DNA of 64,000 bases from Cladosporium halotolerans (lineage: Eukaryota). Location: assembly GCF_011745625.1 (NCBI RefSeq), contig NW_027191456.1, positions 496,001 to 560,000 of the forward strand. Reading direction: 5' to 3'. A program made the position numbers and the translations under genes. Positions 36,351 to 47,028 of this stretch are shown one piece after another (the first letter of the stretch is position 1; each line of letters opens with the position of its first letter). A model generated the notes under the pieces. The model did no database searches. It was given only the letters and a program-made list of their open reading frames with translations, and was not told the DNA's origin.

Positions 36351-37530
36351 GGGCTGATGGCATCTGAGGCACTAGACTTTACTTGTCTTCCAGATCGGAT
36401 GAGAGGCCTGCAATATACGGCGCCAGGCTGCAGGGTTCTCTTGATATACGCTTTATTACGACTGCCAACACTAAGGACTAGGCAGAACAATTCCGTCCGC
36501 ATGATGACATGGTCGTGCCAGAGGGGCACAGGGCGACTGAAGAAAACGGGAGGAGACACGACCGGCTACAGCTGCACGATCCGCAGCTTCAGTACAAGAC
36601 GTACTGAATTTCTATACTTTGATACCCCAAATCAATAGACAACACAATATCCTCAACATCACACTCAGACGCCAATAATACAATTGACATCGAAGAATGT
36701 CAGATCAACACAGTCAAGCCCCTTCCACCCACCAGGCTCCTTTCGGAGCAAGGCTCAAGAAGACGCTCCGGCTTAGTAGTGTTCCGTTCTATTCTTCGCC
36801 AGTGACGGGTACCGTAGGCTATGCAGGAGAGCGAACAGTTACAGACGTGTGCTTCCGGAGAAGTTTCCGACTGTGGTCCAGGCGGTGGATATACTTATCT
36901 CTTTTCTGATATTGAGGCTTGATGAGGGTTGATGCTCTTCAAGCAATCAGACGATCTGGGATGATAGCAACCAGATAGAATGGGAGACGGCAGATCCTCT
37001 TCCCATGCTTGCTGGAAGCAGCCTTGCTTCAACTGCCCCCTAGCTCATCACTCAGCACATTTGAGCTGGGTGTTTTCGAATTGCGACGCGTCGTGATTGA
37101 CTGGATTAAAGGACGGCGGAGGCCAGCAATTGTCGAAGAAAAGCTTGCGGACGTGCTCAACGGACTCCGCAGCGCTCTCGGGAGAGCTGTCGCACGGACA
37201 TATCAGCTGCAAGCAGTGGCCTTCCAATGATCATGACCACGATTGCAAGCACGCCGAATCCATTATTGAGATGTCTCTGTGCGACAATGTAGGTATAGAC
37301 TTCGCACCGGCCGTCCGGCGATAGCCTCGATGCGTCTCTCTGCAGATCAATCTTTGAATCGGCTTGCGTCATGGCTGGACGTGACCCCTTGAACATGCCG
37401 TTCGAAAGGACGCCTTAAAAGGCACAGTATATGGTGGAGTATTGATACATCTTCTGCAATTGACCGATACCACATGATACACACAGTGAATTAGTGGATA
37501 CTCTGATTACCTGAAAAACCATTTCCAATC

Positions 37531-38686
37531 ATGGCCCTTCAACACCTTGCACCGCCCAAATCGCCGCCCGACCTGACCATCCCCAGCTCCGATGTGACAG
37601 TTACAGTATCATGTATAGATACGTAAGTTACGCAACAAAGGATCCTTGATTATTTTGGCCAACAACAGTAGAACTTCTCGCCTCAAGCTTCCCATGTCCC
37701 TCATGCTCCAACCAGACTACGTCGGCCACCCAGAGCTTACCGGACCGTCACTGTGCTTCCTACTTGACCATCCATCCGGCAAAAAGATCCTCTTCGACCT
37801 AGGTGTGCGCTATGACTGGCAACGACTACCCTCCTTCCCTAAATTCCGCGAGAACGCTTGGGGCATTATGGTCCAAAAAGACACCGCCCGGATTCTCCAA
37901 GAAAACAAAATCGACGTCGCAAACGGCGCCATCTCCTCCATAGTCCTCTCCCACCACCACTGGGACCACGCCGGCGACCCCAGCACTTTCCCAAGCAGCA
38001 CAGAGCTTGTCGTCGGCCCCGGTTTCATGGAAACCCACCTGCCCGGCTACCCAGCCAACCCCAAGGCCACCCTCCTCCAAACCGACCACGAAGGTCGCGA
38101 AATCCGCGAACCAGCCTTCTCCGATGCCTTCAAAATCGGCCGGTTCCAAGCCCACGACTTCTTCGGCGACGGATCCTTCTACCTCCTCTCCACGCCCGGC
38201 CACTCCGTCGGCCACCTCTGCGCCCTCGCCCGCACAACCGCCTCGCCCCCAACCTTCATCTTCCTCGCCGGCGACGCCTCGCACCACGCCGCCGAGTTCC
38301 GCCCAACAGAGTACCTCCCGCTCCCCGCCCTCGTGCCCGCCAACGGCACAGGCGAAGACTTCCGCAACGTGCACGCGGAGCAGAGCGCCGTGAAGCCCTT
38401 CTACAACGTGACGGCGGGCTTCGCGCACAGCAAAGAGCTCGCGGACTGGACGATCGCGGGGCTCGGCGAGTTCGACTGCCAAGAGAACGTGCTGCTGCTG
38501 ACGGCGCACGACGAGCACATCCTGGACGAGCAGGCCGGGATGGAGTTCTTCCCGGCGCCGCTGAACGATTGGCTCGAGAAGGGGCTGGCGGAGAGGGTGA
38601 AGTGGCTGTTTCTGGGGGATTTTGAGGGCGCGCTGAGGAGACGGGAGGAGGGGGGTGAGGCGTTTACGTGGGGCGTGTATCCTTGA
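37531..38686 (+). CDS. Metallo-beta-lactamase-fold hydrolase (AHL-lactonase-like fungal MBL); one 5' intron ~37623-37671
   Basis: ILFDLGVR, SHHHWDHAGD (HxHxDH), DFFGDGSFYLLSTPGHSVGH, LAGDASH, TAHD. Confidence 0.88.
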
Positions 38687-38904
38687 CGAAGGGTGGGTGG
38701 ATGAGGGCATCGGGTGGCACGCTGCGTCTAAGTCTAACGTTACAAGCCTTCTTCAGTCAAGCCATTGGAGGCCAATACATTTGAAGGGCTAGCCTCAGAA
38801 TTCAAGCTCTCACACCATTTGCTTCGGAGACATCCTGCTATGGCATTGGAGACGAGTTCTAATTTTTCTTCCATCACACCTCGGATGAAGCAGCGTAGTT
38901 TGCC

Positions 38905-40649
38905 TCACATCTGAACCTCGCGGCGCATCTGCACAACCGGGCCAGTGTACACACGCCGACCTTTCGCGAACCAGAAGAAAATACTAACGATGATGCAACC
39001 ACCAAACATGGTCGAGGCCCAGTTCATCGATGCGGCAGTCACAGGCAAAGCCAGCGGCCAGCTGTCATTTTATGGTTAGCAGGAGAGCAGAAGATTGGGC
39101 AGAACGTCATCTTACAATGCAAAGAACCACAGCGGCGTCAAGAGACAAAATGCAGCGATGTTGATAGGCAGTCCCATACGGCCGAGCGACCATTTTCGCG
39201 GAGGCAGCGGAGCGCCGTAGAGGCGTCGCCAGATCAGGCATCCGATAGTGATGAGGTAGCTCGTGAGCAGCGAGACGCCGGCGAGGGAATTGATGGCGTT
39301 CAACGCGACGTCTGAGCCGATGTTGATGAGAGAAAGCAGAGTTACGACACAAAGAGAAACCAACACCGCTCGGAGCGGGATGTTCTGGCCGGGATAGACA
39401 TGCGAGAGCCAGCCGCTGAACGGCAGGCCGTTGTCTCTTGCGAACGACCAGATTTGGCGACTGGCGGTTGCGGTCTCGCTGATGGCGCAGTTGGTGAGGC
39501 CGAAGATGACGAGAAACGTCATGGCATTGACGGCGTGGCGATTTTGGACGGCGTTCATGAAGATCTGGAGGAAGGCGTAGCCGTTGAGTTCGTCGCTGGC
39601 GGCGAGGACCGCTTCGGCGTCTCCGACGCAGAAGATCAGGGTCATTGCCATGAGGAAGCCAAGGCAGCAATTGAGACTCACGGCGCTCAGGATGGACTTG
39701 GGGAGGTTACGGGAAGCGTCGTGGATCTCCTCTGCCATGTGAACGCTGCAGTCGTAGCCGATCCAGATGCTCACAGGTGTGGTTAATCCGATCATTGAAG
39801 ACAGTCCCGTGGTGGGCCATCCGCCGAGGTTGGTGAACTCAAGTAGGACCTCGCGAGAATCGCCGCGCGGCGACATCACCCAAAGAGGTATGATGACACA
39901 GAACAGCCCGCAAATGTGGACGATGACTGCCACGCCTTCGGTCAGCGGCAATTTGCCTGCGAGAAGCGTGTTGAAGATGATGGCGAAGCAGATAACCGCA
40001 ATTGCCAGTAGTGTTCCGTGCCACGATTGGAAGACGTAATTCTCATTGTTGACGATAATCAATCCTTGAATGATTGTTCCGACCATGAAGCAGACACTGG
40101 CCAGGAACGTTTGCCAGCCGATAGCGCAAAGCCAGCCCGTACAGTAGCTTAGGAATCGCTGACACTTGGGAGGGCCGAACTCGGAAACCCAATGATATTG
40201 CCCGGCAGCAGTTGGAGACCTATTTTCTTGACCGTCAGTATGAAATCAATGCGAGAAAGGCTATGGCATACGTACATTGATGCGATCTCAGCTACGCTGA
40301 GATAGACCATTGCCATGGTGATGCCAACGCAGATGAAGCCCCAAAACATAAGGGCAGTACCTCCGTCCAACAGGACATAATTGAATAAAGGGAGAAGACC
40401 TTCCCATGCACATACGACCATGCTGGCAAAGCCGGTCATGGTGAGGAGCTTGAAGTTACGGCGTAGCTCCTGCTGTTTGCCCTGGACGATCATGTCTTGC
40501 CTATCTTGATCGGTGCCCCGGTATCTTTCAGGAACAGCGTTTGCAATGACATTTTCCTGCTCTTTATCGGTAGACTCAGCGTAGGGAGAAGATGAACGGT
40601 TGGGTGAGGCCCGCTTGATCGCCATTTGGATTTCGGTTACCCTAGCCAT
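38905..40649 (-). CDS. APC-superfamily amino acid permease (GABA/choline permease type); two introns
   Basis: QELRRNF, SVAEIASM|.PTAAGQYHWVSE, GYDCSVHMAEEI, ASRQIWSFARDNGLPFS, MNWAS, YTGPV; many TM helices. Confidence 0.9.
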
Positions 40650-41956
40650 ATTCGCGGTCCACGATGATGAACAGCCTGCGAGAAAGAACGAATGAATAAT
40701 TGAGGGGCCTGTTGTTGTTGCTGAAAAGCAAACGAGGCATGAAAACAATTAAAGCATAGCAATGTGCCAGGGTGATATGACTTTGGAAGCTGCAACCGAG
40801 ATCACTGACTCGCAAGAGTGGAGACTGTAGTTTGAAGAGGGCCATCCTTCAGTCTCTCGTGCGGAGCGAGGTTACCGATTTACGGATGAACTACCGACCG
40901 TGTCGAGGCAAAGCTATTGGGGATTTAGATCCTGGTTCGTTTAGGCAGAGTGAAAGGATCTCGGCGAATTGCGAATTGGCGGATCCTTCGCGTGTTTCCG
41001 ATATGCAGGTATGCTGATCATCAACGAGGTTTACACGGCACATAGATTCGATGCCGCGAAGTACGCTGGTCTGCTCTTATGTTCGGTTGGTCACTTCGCG
41101 AGATTATTTTGTTGAGAGAATGGTAATAGATTTTCGGACCTGAGTGTCAATTTGTGCTCGGGACAGCTCAAGGTACCTTTACAGTGGGCCATCAAAAACT
41201 GCACAGTCTCCGGGTACGCAATCTATGAGTCTCAAGGATGGTATTGCCTTGAATCGTGTCATACTTGGAGTCGAGATGGAGCCAAGAAGCTAAGGAAGGA
41301 AGGAAGGATGGACGCCGTTTCGCGGATGACCCCAGCGTCCCACCGCCGCAACCGCTTCCGCTTCGTTCCCCGAGGCGCGGCCCACATGATTTGCAGTAGC
41401 GCTGTAGGGAATATCAGCAGTTTACAGGGCTCGGGGGGTTACAGATGGATGCAGATTCAAAGGTCGATTCCGATCACTTTATCGGAGGAAACCGTCCATT
41501 GTGGCAATATCTGGGCTTTCAGTCCGCTGATGATGACAATCGATTGCTCGATTGATCATACTGAGGAACTTTCGAGTCTTACATATACCTTTTGGTTAAC
41601 CGTGAGCTTGTCCATGCATCGAGGCGAGAAAGTTGGCAGCATTGATTGTCCTTGGGGCCGAACTTACTCAGGGATACGAAATCCTACAGGCCTGTTTTAT
41701 CATCCTCAGCGCCGCACACGCGTTCGCCGCATGCGAGGGCTGGTTTCCTGGAGCCTGTAAACAACACGGCTCGCCAATTATCCCCTTTCATATCGCATCT
41801 TGTTTCCTTGGCCGAAGGATCCGACTGAGTCTGTCTAGGAACGGGCTCTTGTGAACTCTTGTCCTAGTGACGGCTCTAAAGCGGCATGCCTTCAGGTGAA
41901 GTAAATCGCGTTTCGACTTCCCCGTCCACATTTTCGGCCGCTCGCCATACTCGATA

Positions 41957-43362
41957 ATGCGTCAATATCCGCCATTCGCAGTAGTTTCGGAAACCGACCA
42001 CACGGCTTGGATCATCATCGCGGCCGCCATTGGTATTCCAATCATCCTCATCTTTGGCGGAATACGCCTTGCAGTGCGCCAGCCGGTGAACATAGGTCTG
42101 GACGATGCGCTGATTGGAGGATCGACGGTAAGTGGGATGGGTCCAAGAAGAGGTATTCGAATGTCAGACAAGGACTGATCGGATGCGCAGTTAGTGGCTA
42201 TCGTGCAGGCCTCGCTCGTTCTGCGTGCGTGTTCTTATGGATTTGGTAAAGAGTCGGCTCAAATCGATCGCAGTCTGTTGACAAGAGTACAAGAGGTCAG
42301 CGATTCTGGCCGACAGCATTAGCCTGTGGACACTTGCTAATGCTCCAGAAGCTCTATTATGGCAGTAATATCTTGCTTTTGATCTCCCTTGCCTTGTCCA
42401 AAGCATCCGTCGCCGCTTTGCTTTTGCGTCTTTGCATCGAGAAGACTCAGAAGAAGTACTTTACGGGAGCCCTTGCTTTTGTGGCCTTATGGGGACTGTG
42501 TTCGATCTTCGCCGTTGCATTGCAATGTAATCTTTCAAAACCGGCGATCTTATTCGACGGAGAGTGCAGTTACGTCGTAGGTGATCGCGAAAGTCGCCAA
42601 AGATGGCTTGAGGCTGACGAATGAGTCGCAGCTTCTCCGCTGGCAAATCATCGGTGGCATGGACATCGCATGGGAAGTGCTTGTCGTCGCGATGGCTGCT
42701 TACCTGATGTGGAACCTTCAGGCGCCGCTTGCGACGAAAATACAGGTTGTGTTTGCTTTCTCGTTCCGGCTCTTGTATGTGGCTCTTACCGTTATCGCAT
42801 CGTGCTGTTATTAATCACAGCTGACCGAACCAACAGACTCATAGCGCCAATAGCCTTCCGGTTTCACACCTTCCCAGAAGCTCGATTGGCTGAGGATCCG
42901 TCGCTGCCTCTAGCATCATTCGTCGCTTGGACGCAGGCTGAGCTCTACTGAACCGTCGTCTCGGCCACGATCCCCAGCATGCGACCGTTCCTTCGCGGAC
43001 TAAGTACCGCCGAGACAGCCGTCTTCGAAAATAGCACTGATCCAGCCTCTCGTGCCGATTATGAATTGTCCAAGATACGCTCCGGTCGTCGCGCATCGCG
43101 CTTCAGTGTCAAGAGGGATTTGGTGAAGCGGAGCTTGCGGTCGCAGACACAGGAGGATGTTGGCCTGGAGCCTCCGTTCGTGGGAAGTGCAGGGAAAGAG
43201 ACGGTAGTGGAACGTGGAAGACCGCAGCTGGTCCACAAGCGGTCGATGGAAATAGACCTCGACCGAGACTCCGTCGTGTCCGGGAGTGATGAGAGCCAGC
43301 GTATGATTATACGTAAAGATGTCGCTTGGTCGGTGGATCGGAATTATCAGGACAGTTCGTAG
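41957..43362 (+). pseudogene. PTH11-like (rhodopsin-domain) integral membrane protein interrupted by an in-frame TGA at 42949-42951; four introns
   Basis: GLDDALI, YGFGK, LSKASV, ALQC, QVVFAFSFRL, then WTQAELY*TVVSATIPSMRPFL continuing in the same frame to 43362. Confidence 0.68.
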
Positions 43363-44724
43363 CCCTTGAATTGATCCAGCTTAGCAACGCCGTACACCAT
43401 CATGGGAAGAAAACGGGTCATAGGATTCACGGTGGATGTCATTGGATGGGGTCGCCCAAGGTTCTCAACAGAGAATGAGGCCTGATTCCCTTCGACTATG
43501 CCGTAGATGATCGTACTCTCAAGAGCGGAAGACCGAGGACACTCAACAGATGGTGACTCCAGACGGGTTTGGCAGGCCCGTGGAAAAGATGGCATTGTCA
43601 ATGTCTTAAGAGTCCAATGTCCGATCAATCTTGTACTGTCATGTTACGTCCCACGAGCTGAGTATGATGTTAAGCACTCGGAGAGCCTGTAGACATCTCC
43701 CAACTCTTGCTTTTGTCGGATGCTCGAGGCTCCGTTGTGTTCGTCACAGTGGGTGTAATCCGTCACTCCTTGCTAGATCGTGCGGAAGGATTGCTTCGAC
43801 GCAGGCACAATGAAACGAACCACTCAATACGCGAACGGCACCCTATCAGGGACATTTTGAGCTGTCTCCTCAGGAGACCACCGCTCGCAGGCGGGAGCCG
43901 CCCGGACAACGATAGCGCGAGGTCGTCAGACGAGCTGCTGCGCCCGAGGACGTGGCTCCTGCCCCTGTGGTCGCAGCCTGCAGAGTGACGAGTGTGGGTG
44001 GGTGACGACCGACGAGACCATGTTGCCGGCCAGTCTGTAATCGACATTCGAGGACGCGAATACCTTTCTTCAAATCGCGCGCTCTAGCGACGATGCACTC
44101 TGACTGACATTTGACCGACCTTTCACGTTGATCCCGTACGACCAGACTGTCTCATTTCCGGTGGCGCTTGGTCGAACGACGAGTCACAAGACCGCAGCGA
44201 TCAAGTTGGCGTCGGCTAATCAGGTACTGCGCTACGTACTGGGGGTACGTAGTGGCTGGCTCATCACTGGAATGCCAAATCTGTTCCAGCCGGACGCCTC
44301 GGCTCCGCCTCATAGGCGCGTCGTTAGGCGGAACTCCTAAGTACTCGAGTACCTCGCAAAGTGAATCGAGGTGCTGACCATTCACGGCGTGTCGGTAGTC
44401 GTAGCTGCATGCACCGTGCCCATTCACGTACAGTGACTTCGGTACTTGTATACCTCCCCACGGGGGCGGGTTGGCGGCGTGCGGGGGTACCTTTGTTTGA
44501 GTTGCGCATGTGTGTAACTGTGTCAGCGAGTTCCAGTACCTCGAGCTCCCCCGGTGGTGTGATCTTATAAGCCCATTTCTCCTCTTTCTTTGTCACCTTC
44601 TTCTTCTCTCTCTTCAGTACCTCTGCACAACCTCTCCACTCTAAGCGAAGGCCGGTACCTCTTCAGTCTCATCCACCACCTTTTCTTCTTCCTCACTTTT
44701 CAACTTCTCTTATCCAAGACCAAA

Positions 44725-44907
44725 ATGTTCGGCTTCAGCCTCTACCAGAGTGCGTGCCTCTACGCCAGCGTGACGGCCTTCTCCGCCACCTGGATCGCTC
44801 TTGCGCTGCCCATCCAGCACGGCAAGGCTGGTCCGTTCAACTACCACCGCGCTATCAGGCAGGGCCGCCGTATCCCATGGCGCCGTATTCCTGGTATGAA
44901 GATCTAG
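44725..44907 (+). CDS. Putative 60-aa microprotein with a hydrophobic N-half and cationic C-half
   Basis: TATAA at 44566, long CT-rich leader, CAAAATG Kozak context, mostly C/G-ending codons. MFGFSLYQSACLYASVTAFSATWIALALPIQHGKAGPFNYHRAIRQGRRIPWRRIPGMKI. Confidence 0.5.
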   Translation: MFGFSLYQSACLYASVTAFSATWIALALPIQHGKAGPFNYHRAIRQGRRIPWRRIPGMKI

Positions 44908-47028
44908 ATGCCGCGCGGCATCGCCACCGACCGTGTCAGCGGTGGTAGTCTCGCTGTCGCAAGATGGCCGAGGCTTCACTCAAGGCGGGGTGTCTGACAC
45001 CTTTCCCTCCTCGCCTTCTAAGCGCAACGTAGCGATCATCCGCGGACGCTCTGCGCTACGACCGATTCCTGCATGCTTCGTCGCTCTCTTCAAAGCAACC
45101 GACGGGCAGCTTTCGCAAATATGCTGATCACCATGGATCGACGCCATTCACTAGTGCAGTCGAAGCATCTCTGGCACCTTTCGCTTGCAGCGTTCAACCA
45201 TACAAGTAATACATCGAGCACCCACGCAGCACCTCTAACATCCACCTGGGACTCACCTTGAACCTGATTGCTCTTTTCACGGCGGAACATCTTCCACCGC
45301 ATTCGCTTGCACACGGTGTTGTGCCCGAGCCAACCTAGCCTTTGCGGCTTGCCTTAGCACGCCGACTCCCGGGCTCTCGCATTAGCTGCATCGCCAGCTT
45401 GTGCATGCACTCACTCGAGCCTCCAAGCATCACGATCACGGTGTTCATCTTTCCTCGACTGGCTTTCTGGTTCAAGTTCTTGGTTCGCCTCGCCACCTGC
45501 GCTCTTAGCTGCTCGCGGTCACCTGTACACAAAGACGTGCCTCTCGGCCGTCCATGTCGATATTCATGCAGAATGATTTAATGAAATGAAGTTCAAACCA
45601 TCTTCTCCGTCGTCCTTTCCGCGTTGGTGATGAAGTTTCGATGGAGTGAAGTTCATCTTCGCCTTAGACAGGACCCACAGTTGCCCTGAAAGACGGGAAG
45701 TCCGTTCGCCCCTAGCGTGCGCCTTGCGACGGTGTCGCGTGCTTCTTGTGATGATGGGCATCTTGAAGAAACACACTCGCTCGCACTGTACATTTGTCGC
45801 CATGTTGCCTTCTCCGCGTGCTCAGCTCTCATGCTGATGACCATTTGTACTTCATAACATTTACACCACTTGCGCTACATACCGCAATGGCTCTTAGCAT
45901 CCCGCCGACAGCCGTTTCTAGCAGCCAAAACCTCTCCCTTAGCCATCCCACAGCAAATACACGAAGGTGTTTCTCCTCCCAAACCCAGCCCAAACTCAGC
46001 CCTCGCAGCGGATTCGCCACCCAAGCTCGCTTCGCCGGATGTAACTAGGTATCGCCACTCTACTGGCTCGCGAAAGGGTTCGGGTGTCGCGGTGTGCGCA
46101 CCGGAAAGTGGCTGGCTGCGCCCGGTGCTCATCTTCCCCGCTCTCAGGATCGGGGGGCGCAAATGGATCAGCGGCCTGGGCGAATTGCTCGCTTCGCGGA
46201 CCTTTGTTTTCGCTGGCGCCTCCGAAGGGGCTTGGGCGGAAGGGGCATAGTCAGGTACAAGTACTTGTGTGGCAGCGGCACGGCTTCCGTTTGCCTTGGT
46301 TGGCGCTATATTGGGAGAGTCCTGGTGTTGGCCAATGCTTCTAGCAATCAGGTAGCGATGCAGCGTACGAACTTCTCATGATCTTGGGAGCTCTGAAAAC
46401 GCTTCATGTTGGACGAGTCAAGTGCTGTGTCATCTGTTCGTTTGCTGAGAAACATAGCAATTCCTCAGCCCGGGCGCAGAAAATATGAGGCTGCGACGAG
46501 GCTTTGGAGAGACGGTGCCTGGGTACGTTTGGCGCCGGGATCATGGCTATACAGCTTTCGTCAGGTCAAGGAACAGTCATATATATGACCTTCTTTGCGC
46601 AGCCTGTCGAAAGAATATGAATGCTGGCGACATTATTGAAAATGGCGTATTTACTGTATGCAAATAGCCCATTTGCTGGGAGGTGGAAGTCACGTGCTTC
46701 TTAGGCAAGCCGAAGCACGCTTCCAAAGCGTGGCGGATGGTGCTGTAAGTCAATTTTGCACGTGCTCTGCTAGTTGCAATTGACAAAATTGACGACTTCG
46801 TGCACAGCCCGTTGGTATTACCTGCCCGTGAATATCATCGTTGACGGGATGACCGCGGAGAGGTAGCAGCACGCTGAAGAGCGGGCTTTGCGGGGAGTTC
46901 CAGCCTAGCAACGGCGCCAAAACAAGCCCCAAAACAAAACTTGAGACAGCTTCGCGCACAAACCTCCAATTGATGAAGCGCATGCGCCTGACACGCTCAT
47001 CAATCGCGCGCGACGAACACCACACAAC

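Noticed and set aside
36690..37330. Short protein-like ORF fragments between IES6 and the MBL gene
   Set aside because: I could not join them into a gene model or recognise any motif. BLASTX is needed before calling a pseudogene.
41152..41760. 202-aa ORF between the permease and the PTH11-like gene
   Set aside because: Non-ATG start, atypical composition, and position in a divergent promoter region.
43400..44450. Short ORFs in several frames
   Set aside because: No codon bias, splice pattern, transposase motif or terminal repeats are evident.
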